A stretch of 64,000 nucleotides of DNA, taken from contig OZ024742.1 in assembly GCA_964016885.1 (NCBI GenBank), positions 62,434,001-62,498,000 of the forward strand, read 5' to 3'. This DNA comes from Eledone cirrhosa. Taxonomy: Eukaryota. Of the stretch, positions 13,158 through 24,019 are shown in pieces (the first letter of the stretch is position 1; each line of letters begins with the position of its first letter). The position numbers were made by a program, and so were the translations under genes. The notes under the pieces are model-generated. The model was not told the origin of the DNA and ran no database searches. It worked only from the letters and a program-made list of their open reading frames with translations.

Positions 13158-14049
13158 AGAAAAAAGAGAATCAGTGTTGCGACGAAAGGAATTTATTGGA
13201 CATATTACAATTGTTTCTCGGACGACCAGCTCGAGGCACGATCGATGTGGTGATAAACCTGACTCTGAAATCGCACGGTCCTCGGATACGTCTCGATTCT
13301 ACGAAGCAGATCTTCCTATTGTCCTTTAACATCGAATTCTTTCGTTTGTTGATTTAAATCCTGCTGTTGTAATTCCATAAGTGGTCAAGAATTGTACACG
13401 TCACCGGTATTTCTAACCACTCATGTTTGCTCACTCCTTGGTTTTTCTCCTTCTCCACCTGTCAATCAAAATTTCTTCATATACGAATTACTACTGTGGT
13501 GGGAGAGGGTCTGTGATCTTGAACAGCTGGCATCACTTCGACATCTTCATTGTCCCTAGGCGCCTTCGTCCACAACGGTCAGGTACACACCCGCAATTAT
13601 GCTGTATGCGGCAGTCATTGTAAATAATGTTTGGAGGGAATTTTTAAAAAACAAATTATAGGGATATTTAGCATAACATTTCTAGGACACAGCCTTAGAA
13701 TACCCTCCACCATACATATTTCAACCCAGGCATGCGCATACCCGTGTTCATGCATGTCTGGGTGAACATACATACATGTACCCGCGTGCACCCACACCGG
13801 AGGCATATACTCGATGAGGACCCCCTCATCCGTCTTCACACGCGCAACTGTGTAGATGGTTCACACAGTATTGTATGAGACAACGCTTTTGAGGCTTTGA
13901 CCCAACCCGATCACGTGGCGGTATGAGTCCGAAGGTGCCTGCACAATATGCATAAATGGTAAGGCAGCACAATATCCCTGCACTAATTACTTATAGCTTA
14001 TGGCACATATATAAAAATGCCTGTACGTACATAACATAAAATAATATAA

Positions 14050-14188
14050 TAATTGTTTCTACTTTTTGGCACAAGGCCAGCAATTACCCAGCGCATTACT
14101 GGTACTTTATTTTATCGACCCCGTAAGGATAAAAAGGCAAAGTTAACCTCGGCGGGATTTGAACTCAGACCGTAAAGGGATGTAACTA
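14050..14188 (-). mobile_element. SINE, same family as 12121-12506
   Basis: Matches the CORE-like body and B-box. Confidence 0.85.
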
Positions 14189-14495
14189 TCAGAGCCTAGC
14201 ACTCGCGTTCATCAGAGCTTAGCACCAATCCTAATTCTCAATTTTTACTGGACCGGCAATCGCTCTGTATAATCAGTTCCTGATTATTTCGGGAATTCTA
14301 TAAGAATCCATCCCCTATAATTTTCAGCAGAGGTCGGCGAGTGCTAGGCGCTGATGAACACGAACAGTGTGAAACAGATCTGTCAGCTTATCCCCCTTCC
14401 TTTGATGAAAGTCACTACTTTAAAATAATAGCGCAAGGCCTTCAAAGTGTTTTTAATTAAACATACAGTATATTGCCAAATATACTATACATACA

Positions 14496-14500
<5 letters not shown>
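14189..14500 (+). mobile_element. Putative retrozyme family, locus 2 (about one monomer with a short inverted 5' piece)
   Basis: Same unit as 9202-9998 and 17215-18215; ends in (TA)n. Confidence 0.8.
14345..14390 (+). ncRNA. Type I hammerhead ribozyme, canonical core (family 3, subfamily A)
   Basis: taggcg-CTGATGA-acac-gaaca-gtgt-GAAA-cagatctg-TC-agctta: 4-bp stem II, palindromic CAGATCTG stem III, GUC cleavage triplet (after 14384). Confidence 0.85.
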
Positions 14501-14547
<47 letters not shown>

Positions 14548-14548
<1 letters not shown>

Positions 14549-15530
14549 GCGATGAATTAGTTTTGCGAGGTTGTTTATATGAAATCGTATGTCGAAACAA
14601 ATATTGTTATACTTGGGGAGGGTCATATTTGTGTAATATTGCCAGAATTAATAACAGAACACACTCACTGTTTGGTTGGTTTTCGCTTCTCGCTTCTGTG
14701 TCTTTTATATCGGTAATCTAACTTACTCGGTCCTCAATGTTGCCATTGACTGACCGACGGTCAAAAATAATACAGATACAATATAGACACAAACACATAT
14801 ATATAGTTTATCATAAATCTTTCGTTGCACATCTGCAACATCGTCAGTGGTGTTATCGTTTCCTCCTGTTGTACTGTATGTCTACGCCATTTTTATTCAG
14901 TCTGTCTATATATTTATTTATTTATTTGCTTGTTTGTTTATTTTATTTTGTCTTCTTTGCACATGCATTTGCGTGTGTGTGTAGTGTTTTGTTTTCTGTG
15001 TGATGGGTGACTAGTGTGTGTTTATGTGCTTGTTGTTATTGTGTTTGTGTATGTATTTATTTATTTATTTATTTTATTTTATTTACTTATTTATACTTCT
15101 CTTAGGTCAGTGTTGTTTGTTTGGGTGTTGTTGTTATTCCATTCATTCTTTCTGTTTAGTCTTGGCCTTCTAATTTCTATTTCACTGGCCTCTCTGATTT
15201 GCCTATCTGCTGGGTCATTTCTATGTTTAGATATTATTCTAATTTCTATGTTGTCTATGTTACCGTCATGTTGTCTAGCATGTTCGTATAGTACTGACCC
15301 GTTTTTTCGTCCGTTTAGTTCCCCCCAGTGTTGGTCTATCCTTTCACCTATGCTACGAGCTGTCTCACCTATGTATGTTGTTGTCATGTTTCTGCAAGTA
15401 CCCTCTGTACATCTTATGCTATAGACTACGTTTCTAGTTTTACAGTTTATCCGGGGGTTTGCCTTACATATGATACACTTCCTATAGGAAGTGTATACAC
15501 AAATATGACCCTCCCCAAGTATAACAATAT
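14548..15530 (-). mobile_element. 5'-truncated Penelope-like element: C-terminal GIY-YIG endonuclease plus 3' UTR/pLTR
   Basis: ORF 15091..15546: NVVYSIRC..C..YIGETARSIGERIDQH..LYEH..QIREASEI..LN. A short inverted pLTR piece lies at ~15496-15530. Confidence 0.9.
14809..14852 (-). ncRNA. Minimal type I hammerhead motif (family 2), second copy
   Basis: Minus strand reads cacca-CTGACGA-tgttgcagatgtgcaac-GAAA-gattta-tgata. Confidence 0.6.
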
Positions 15531-15599
15531 ATATATATATATACATATATTGTCGGCGGCCTCCTATTTAGACACCTCGAAAACGTGATATCATTCTAC

Positions 15600-17110
15600 A
15601 TCGTATGGTGGTGGTAGGGGTGGGCAAGTCACTGCCTGCTGAGCATAATTATGGCACTCACCTCGACTGAATTACCCAGCCTGACTACTCTGAGGAAGAA
15701 GGACTGTGACTGGCACCATGTTAGTGTGAGCAATGTCTCCTGCAAGCTGGTTGCGAATGTTATTTGCAGGTCTCTTAACTGGGCGAATAATTGAGCCCTG
15801 TGCAACTCAGAGTCGTTGTTTAAATGGTTATGCGGGTACCGCCTATGCTACCAAGCAATTCATTGACGACTGCCCACCCTAATTTGACTCAACATACACT
15901 TCGCATCTCATTGTGATGTTCGATATGAGAAATGTCTTCAACTGTATGCATCGAGACCAGTTACTGGATGTTTGACTAAGTCCAGTATTATTGGAATATT
16001 TATCAGACGGGACACTAAGTGTGCTCCTTGGCACCAGTAACCTTATTTCCGTCTCAACCTGTGCCCAACAGGATGATTCTCTACGCTCTCACCTTTTTGC
16101 ACATTGTATTCATTACATAATGTTACATTCAACATGCAGTACTTGAATGAGGCAAGAATAGATCGGCCAGTGGATATTATATCGCCACACTTATTCAATA
16201 GTCCGTACCTTGACCAGGATCGGCCTCAATATAAACTCGTCTACCTCTGAGTGAATATCAGCTACAACACAGAGGGTTTCTAAGCCTCTGACAGGTATAT
16301 GCACTCAATACTTTACCAGGTGGTTCCGAAGTTTAACGTCCTAATCATTTGTTCACCAATCCACCCACCTACTTCCCAGTCACCCCACGTCCAAGCTTCA
16401 CCAGCTTGAAACACGCGAGATCAAACTGCATGTGATTGATGCGCATCCGGCATTCTTCATATTGACGAACGGATACGCTATGGCAAAGCAGCCGTAAACC
16501 TTCTACAGCACCCCTTTTACAGCTAGATGCTCTGCCTTACTGAACTTAATATGTCCATCCCGAGATGCAACGTCCAGTCAAACGGCACTTGATAGTAATA
16601 TACCATCTCTCCGGTTATATACAACGGACTTTGCCTTCAATCTCCTGTTGCGATGGAAATATGTAGCATCCAGGCTGATGATACCGGATGGTAACAGCCC
16701 TCTCCTTATTTAGATATGGTAGATTTGTTTTCGATATCCTGTGTCATTGAAACTGCAGGTATTTTTTAGGTCAATGACCTTTAGATGTGCCTTTATCAAC
16801 AAGGTTCTCCATAACACCATAGAACCTGCCACGATCTGAGTATATAAGGCTTATAGTGCGAATTGAACGTGACTTGGTCTTCATCCTGCTGCAGGCATCT
16901 CATCTATTCGATACAAATGAGAGGCCAAGTGACAAGGTCTTGAACAGCATGCACACCGACTTGACAAACAATGGCTTAGATGCTTTAATACTCCCTTCTA
17001 AGCTTTGGGAAGTGACTGTTTCTCCACATACGTATTCATACAGTTGTCTTTCCTTTTCCGTACAACCAAGCTGATGATCCGAATAAGGTGAAACAATTGT
17101 TCTCGGTAAT
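15600..17110 (+). mobile_element. Heavily decayed CRE-like (RLE-group) non-LTR element
   Basis: Remnants read across frames: FDMRNVFNCMHRDQLL (~15920), QQDDSL..HLFA (~16067), LWEVTV (~17005). Confidence 0.5.
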
Positions 17111-17382
17111 GGTGAACTAACTGTTGTAGAACTACTTCTACCAAACTCATCTCATGGACTGAGTGCTTTACTACTACGGATATAACCCACCAGTGTTCTA
17201 CTATTATATATATGTATATAAAATTAGAATTGGTGCTCTGAAATAGCGATATATATATGAATGTATATATAGTGTATTTTGCAAACACTGTATGCTTAAT
17301 TAAAAGCATTTTGAAGACCTTACGGTATTGTTTTAAAGTAGCGACAATGTCACTTACTTCAATTTTCAGCAAACAGGAGAGA

Positions 17383-17431
17383 TAAGTTGACAGAGCTCTG
17401 TTTCGTACTTGTTAGTACTTATCAAAGCTCA
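17383..17431 (-). ncRNA. Type I hammerhead with U3-A8 variant core (family 3, subfamily B)
   Basis: tgagct-TTGATAA-gtac-taacaa-gtac-GAAA-cagagctctg-TC-aactta, with a perfect palindromic stem III CAGAGCTCTG. Confidence 0.8.
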
Positions 17432-17704
17432 CCATTCCTCCTGTTTGCCGAAAATTATGAATGTTGGATTCTTATAGAATTCCAGTAATAATCAGGAACT
17501 GATTATACAGAGCGGTTGCCGGTCCAGCAGAAATGGAAAAATTAAAATTGGTGCTCTGAAATAAAGATATATATATATGAATGTATATATAGTGTACTTT
17601 GAAATACACTGTATGCTTAATTAAAAGCATTTCGAAGACCTTACGCTATTGTTTTAAAGTAGCCACAATGTCACTTACTTCAATTTTCAGCAAACAGGGG
17701 AGAT

Positions 17705-17753
17705 AAAGCTGACAGATCTCTGTTTCATACTTATTGGTACTTATCAAAGCTCA
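17705..17753 (-). ncRNA. Type I hammerhead with U3-A8 variant core
   Basis: tgagct-TTGATAA-gtac-caataa-gtat-GAAA-cagagatctg-TC-agcttt. Confidence 0.8.
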
Positions 17754-18041
17754 CCATTCCGCCTGTTTGCCGAAAATTATGAATGTTGGATTCTTATAGA
17801 ATTCCAGTAATAATCAGGAACTGATTTAAAACAATAGCGTAAGGTCTTCAACATGCTTTTAATACAGTGTATTGAAAAATACACTATATATACATTCATA
17901 TATATATCGCTATTTCAGAGCACCAATTCTAATTTTCAATTTCTGCTGGACCGGCAACCGCTCTGTATAATCAGTTCCTGATTATTACTGGAATTCTATA
18001 AGAATCCAACATTCATAATTTTCAGCAAACAGGAGGAATGG

Positions 18042-18090
18042 TGAGCTTTGATAAGTACCAACAAGTACGAAACAGAGCACTGTCAGCTTA
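18042..18090 (+). ncRNA. Type I hammerhead with U3-A8 variant core
   Basis: tgagct-TTGATAA-gtac-caacaa-gtac-GAAA-cagagcactg-TC-agctta, with 6-bp stem I and 4-bp stem II. Confidence 0.8.
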
Positions 18091-18210
18091 TCTCCCCTGT
18101 TTGCTGAAAATTGAAGTAAGTGACATTGTCGCTACTTTAAAACAATAGCGTAAGGTCTTCAAAATGCTTTTAATTAAGCATAGTGTGTTGCAAAATACAC
18201 TATATATACA

Positions 18211-18269
<59 letters not shown>

Positions 18270-19444
18270 TGTCATTAACAATAAGAGAGATCCGACGAGC
18301 TTTTGATTCCAGAGTCGGGCTAGATCAATACAGATCGAACCTTCAGCTGATCGATAGCGAAACAAGAGCCACTACTCAATAAATGTAATGAAGACAAAAC
18401 AAATGGTCTTTTTCATTATTCTATCTATATGTATATCAAACTAAAAAATGGAGTTAAAGACTCACAGTAATCCCGTATAATTTAATGGGCTCAAGGGATA
18501 GACCCGGGCTCTGTATAAGACAGTAAATAGGGAAAAGTACACAAAGAGGTATGTGTGTTGAGCCTTTTAAGCTGAATGGGTTTCGGTTGCTATTTTTAGC
18601 GTTCTTTATGTCCATTCACACCACCATGTGAGGTATAGCACACGGTTTTTCTTTCTAGACCATGCGGTCTTTCTATTCGTCTATTATAAATTTAGAAGTG
18701 TGGATCATATCGTTAGTTTCCTATTGTTGATAAGCCATCAGCGGTATGATTCTACATTTATTTTGTAGCGAAACATGCTTCCAGTGTGTCCAGGAAATAT
18801 AGGTATAAACAATGGTCTGTACACTTTAATTTATCCTTTTAATTCTTGTGCATTTTCCATTATATTCGTAGATTATATGATTTGCACTCATGTGGTATTA
18901 TGTCCCCTATACTTGAACATACACCTCTTTGTGTACCTTTCTCTATTTACTGTCTTATATATATATGGTCGGGTCGTCGGGGACTAAACCGGCCAGTTCA
19001 CCATCCATCCGGGAAGAAATACAAAACCGGTCAATGAGCGACAGAACTCTTCAGATCCAACACCCATCAAATATCTGAGGTGTGTTGTTCACTGTGTCTG
19101 TGACAAACCTTTGCCCAAATCCTTTGTTATTAATACTTCTGAAAAGTGTATCTAGTCCAACACAAGACTTCACCACTATAAACAATAAATGTTTGTGAGT
19201 AGCTCAACAGCTCTGGACATGTAAAGTGTATTACAGGAAGTCCTTAGCTGGTGCTCTACAGTGGCCACCGTCAGATGAAGGCCGTTTATGCACAAATATG
19301 AGCAAGTTGGGCTGTTTATGTCCTCTGATAAAGTATGTCTTTTTAGACATAACACTGCTTTCCCAACATAGGAAGGGAGCGGTAAAAGAAGCCCTAAACA
19401 AATGCTGGCTCAGTCTTTTAACCTGGCAGTAAACCACGGCTCTC

Positions 19445-19660
19445 TGATTGATAGATCCCTAACATCATTTCCCAAAGGTGTCAATGATCGTATCATGACT
19501 CTCTGGATCTAGCAAACAACGCCTCTGTTACAATAGTGGGAGTTACGTCCCAATTCATCTGAGTAGGATATCGTAATATTTTGTGATTAGTTTCACACAG
19601 TGGTCTCCATTGTTCCATACAAGTACAAGCTCATCATAATGTGAGGTTTCATTGCTAGTG
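19445..19660 (+). mobile_element. Decayed RTE APE-endonuclease fragment
   Basis: FPKGVNDRIMTL motif and a downstream KLIIM-like motif. Confidence 0.45.
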
Positions 19661-19909
19661 TTGACAGTGCCGATCAAACAATTTATTTAATTTGGCACAC
19701 ATACACTCACCCTTACTTCTATACCCCTAATCTCGGTCAGAAATACACATACAGTTTGACAGACCAACAATAACAACACGCACCGGCCAACAATTAACAC
19801 ACACGCACACACATACACTCATAAACTCACTTACACGCAAATATTTCAGCTAGACACATTCGATCAATGTCTTTTAAAACAAGATCAACTGATACAACAA
19901 CGCCAGAAT

Positions 19910-21200
19910 TAACAGTTGACTGATATCTGCACAATTGAACTTATGTGCTTCGGTAAGCTTGTAGCGAAATCTGTCCGCGCCTTGAACTTTGGATGATACC
20001 TAAAGTTTAAATTCTAGGTCAACACCCTTTTTGGTATAGACAGGTTGACGGGTTGGCTATCCTCTCAAGGTGAGGAGACAGGAGCGATAGCTATATAAAA
20101 CCTATATTTCCCCACTTTAAAAATAGAGACATCGGAGCGATAGGCTACACAACTAATTATGTAAAGATTAACCGCTAACTTCAGACCCCAGAGGTTTACA
20201 GAAAAGCCAGAGACATCGGAGCATTACGCTAGCAACCAACTATGTAAGGATTCACCACTATCAACAGACCCCCATGAGGTCTATAGATACACACACAGAG
20301 ATTGGAGCCCTACTACTACAAACCATGTACAAGCCACAGTGGTCTACCACCAATTACAGACTATTCAGAGATATACAAACCACATATCTCTCTCTCTAAG
20401 GTCTCACAACTACTACCACGGACTCCAAATTCCAATAACAACAACAATTATCTGTCGCTCGCTGTTTTCCCTCCAACAACAACAACAATTATCTGTCGCT
20501 GGCTGTTTTCACACCAACAACAACAATAGACTACAACAGCCTCACATCAGCAGCAATAACTACATTAACAACTCTTGGTAACTGTTTTATATGTACCTTT
20601 TAATTGATTCACATGAAGTATATATATAACCAAATCATTTATTCTTTATATTTTCGTTATTACATAGTATTCTTATTATACTTGTTATAATCATTTCTAA
20701 TAACCACATATAACCATCTAACTTTTCATTTTTTAACCCTTCGTTAAAGCTCTCTTGACGTCCACCTCGCACAGACTTTACGTGGACGATTTCATATGTA
20801 GACCCATGAATAATGTGCAAAGAACATGCCATCTCATTGATGGTCACTCATCGGTTTGCCAGAACCATCCCTCAAGCTTGTTGAATCTTTCCGTCATTGG
20901 TGGAGGCTGATGGACGTCATGCTCCCTCTTCATACTTCATGCTTGTTCGTTCATTGCTAAACTACCTGGTCCACTCATACACACTTCTAAGCAGCAGAGC
21001 GCCGACCCCGGATTGTATTGAAAGCTTGCGATGAATATCAAAGCCTGACACACGTTCAGACCTGATAAATTGGATCATTGATTTCTTTTCCTCCATGGTA
21101 CACGCTGACAGTGGAGCGGCCATGTCTACTACGTAACACAAGAAAGAAAACTGAAGCAATCAAGATAAAACCTCAGTTACGTAACCACAAGAGTACGGGA
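19910..21200 (-). mobile_element. Mariner transposase remnant (N-terminal HTH), split by an insertion at 19960-20773
   Basis: MAAPLSACT.EE...IQF..SE.VSG.DIHRKL...RSVYEW, then RPSAST, VTINEMACSLHIIHGSTYEIVH; resumes as LTEAHKFNCADISQLL below 19959. Confidence 0.8.
19960..20773. mobile_element. Probable solo LTR
   Basis: TG...CA ends with imperfect inverted termini (tgtagcga / tcgcaca), internal direct repeats and a TATA-like box; interrupts the mariner frame. No TSD was found. Confidence 0.45.
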
Positions 21201-21233
21201 GCACTGAAGGCAGTGTGGCCAACCTAAAGAACG

Positions 21234-21856
21234 TGTAACGGAATTCTTCTATGTTTTACCTGGCGAAGATTCGAAATCGAATCCAAAATTTATCGCCTCT
21301 AAAACCACCTATTGTTAGGAATTCTCACCATTGTCCTATCAAAAGACAACTATGATAAACATATATAGCACTTGACCTGTGACCTCAGACACTTGACATC
21401 CGATAGATACATGGCCACTATTGTTTCAAAAACCATATACACAGCCTTCTTGCTATAGTGTTCTTATAAATACAATCGCTTCGAGACCCGAACCAGAGAT
21501 AGTTATTACTTCAGACGACAGAAGAACAGTTCTATTAACGCTATAGATTCTCTTCACGAAATCAGTCTTCTACCTATACCAGTTCGACAGATTGAACACT
21601 ACTACAGACACCATGTATGTTAAGGATAAACACACACACACAATAGGTTTCCTTATATTAACAATGATTTACATAATATTTATTAATGTTTATTATACAA
21701 CTGAAGTTTATCTGGACACTGGATAATCTTACTATTTAATCTATCCACCATAAATTACATCAAAAATAGAATATTTTGTTTTAACGGATAATTCCTCACT
21801 GAAATTCCCTTTTGGGTTTTATGTAAACCTTTTTGAGTTGGTACACCTCGCCTACA
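21234..21856. mobile_element. Possible solo LTR
   Basis: tgtaacg...cgcctaca termini, an internal TATAAA, and a 3' end resembling that of 19960-20773. No TSD. Confidence 0.3.
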
Positions 21857-22205
21857 TCTGTATATTCATTAATCAATTATTGCAACCACAAAGTTTTCCA
21901 TTTGCTTTCCTTTTTCCTAAAATTCTTCTTGTGCTTATTTACAAAAAAAAATCCCATATTTTTGCTTGTCTGCATCTATGGAAGCACCTAACCGCTGATT
22001 CTTATTAAGTTTTTTTTTCATTATTATAAAAACCGCTTAACGCTTTAGCATTATATTATAATTTATAACAACCTCCTCTCACAAGCTGCTTTGCTATGTT
22101 CTGGATGTATATTCTAAATATAACATTTATATAACATTCATACACTGGAGTATTGAATTTTTTATTTTTTATTCTTATTTGTTTATTTCACTGCTTCTTC
22201 TATTT

Positions 22206-23619
22206 TTAGTCGCTTTTTAATGTAATAGCACCTAATCGGCCAATCGCGTCCATGCCCATAACCACGTCAATTCCATGCACTACGCAGTCGACCACAATGG
22301 CTGAAAGCCTAATTCTCTTTCCCCTTACCACCATCTCCACCTCGCTGCGACCTCTACCTTCAATCTTCCTGCCGTCGACTGCCCTTATGATGCTCTTCCC
22401 TCTCCACTTTTCCACCACCCCCGTGGTCACCAGTGTCATTGTACATCCCGTGTCCACGAGGGCTCGTAATGGCTTTCCCTTCACCAGGACTTTCACCACA
22501 GGCAGCGCCTCTACACTCGAGGGGTAGCTACAGGCGTAATAACTCCCCTTGGACCGTTTCCCTGGTCGCAATTGGTAGCGATGTCGCCCGGCCGCCTACA
22601 CCGGTAGCAAATTATATCTGGTGTCGATTCCTTACAATCTCTCGCCATGTGCGCACCCTGGCACCTATAACAACGACCCCTAAACATGCGTGGGCGACTG
22701 TTCGCCGTGTTTGTCACCCTTTCGGCATTTCGCTGTCGGCTGCCCGGGCCTCCATCGCCGCTATTGCCGCAACACTCTTCTTAGCATCTTCCGCTATGAT
22801 GTGGGCTTGCTCTACCATTTCCTTGTAGCCAGGTATTTGCTTCAGTCTCACCGCGATGTCATCCGGAAATCCGTTTATAAATGCCAGCCGCACTGCACAC
22901 TCGCACTCCACCTGAAACCCCGCCAGTATGGCCAATCTCCTTATCTCCGCAGCAAAAATATCCACACGCTGATCTTCCCACCTTATCCTTGTCAGCTTGA
23001 CAAACGCGGTACACGGACCTTCCGCAAACGCTTCCATCATACACCGTTCAATTTTTTGCGCGTCCCTCTGGCTAATTTCGTCCATCTCGAGGTACAATGC
23101 TAACGCATCCCCCTCGAGATATAGCGCCATGAGACCGGCCACATCGTCTATCTTTTGTAGCTCGGCGACCACCCGGAACTTTCGCATCCAAGCGATAACG
23201 TCTCCTTCACCGGTAAAAGCTTTAAGTACTTCACCCCTCAACCGTAATCTCGTCGCCATCTCTTTAGTCCTGCGGTAAGTGATACAACAAGATAGTCTTT
23301 GTTTTCAATTAGCTTTGTCCATTCTTTTTATTTATTTTTTAATTCTCAATTGTACGTCTTCATGTGCCGAAATAGCTTGTGGTGAGAAAGCTATTCCACT
23401 TACCGCGAGTCTGCTGGTTCACTCAAAGCCGTGCATCAATCTTCGGGTTATAATCAATTCGCCAAGCTGCAGCTTAATCTGGTACGTCCGTCTTTCTCCA
23501 AGTCACCACGAGAGATGCCCTACGGACGCCGCCTCGGAAACGCATAGACGTCGCCTACAGACGCCGCCTCAGAAACGCATAGACCCAGCCTACGGACGCC
23601 GCCTCGGAAACGCATCTCA
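22206..23619 (-). mobile_element. Gypsy LTR retrotransposon 5' part: LTR (~23619-23260), gag with zinc knuckles, aspartic protease; truncated
   Basis: Gag-like ORF 22714..23259; CYRCQGAHMARDC and CYRCRRPGDIATNC knuckles; LVDTGC..DVVMGMD protease; ~35-bp tandem repeats at 23519-23615 inside the LTR. Confidence 0.85.
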
Positions 23620-23900
23620 CCTCACTCCTCCTCCGCCTCCGGTCAAGCGTCCCCATCTGACATCACCTCCTCCACACAGCCCCACAAGTCAGACCTGTAT
23701 TATAATGAATGCCACCTCTTGCTTGTTTGTATTTGAATGATTACCACAACATCTATGCTCCTGACGAAATGTAGAGCAACGGACAGGTTCCCAGTATATC
23801 TATTGAGGTACAACCCGCCATCCTACATTGATCGTAGAGTAAAATAATGTTGTAAATATAAACTGGTTATCCATTGTTATTTTATTAAAATTTTGAACTC
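23620..23900 (+). mobile_element. PLE 3' end with damaged hammerhead (23756-23841)
   Basis: tgctc-CTGACGA-aatgtag..ctacatt-GA(deletion)-tcgTA-gagta: 7-bp stem II and stem I preserved, GAAAC lost. Confidence 0.55.
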
Positions 23901-24019
23901 TGCAGTTCGTGCCATGACAGTCTATAACGTAATCCATGGAAGTTGAAAATCATCCAGTCTTTTGGATTACCGATTGACAACGGATACTAATTAGCATCGA
24001 GCTTCTATAATTTTCACCA

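Larger units (their letters stand above)
17215..18215. mobile_element. Putative non-LTR retrozyme array, locus 3: ~1.9 monomers on minus (17222-17826) then ~1.2 monomers on plus (17825-18215)
   Basis: ~320-nt period with one HHR per monomer, no ORF, AT-repeat flanks. Confidence 0.85.

Noticed and set aside
13195-13260. Minus-strand GAAA-caattg-TA half-hammerhead
   Set aside because: No recognisable CTGANGA core upstream.
18285-18385. Hammerhead-like CCGACGA-gct...agc-GAAA
   Set aside because: Mutated core and no convincing stem I, stem III or cleavage triplet.
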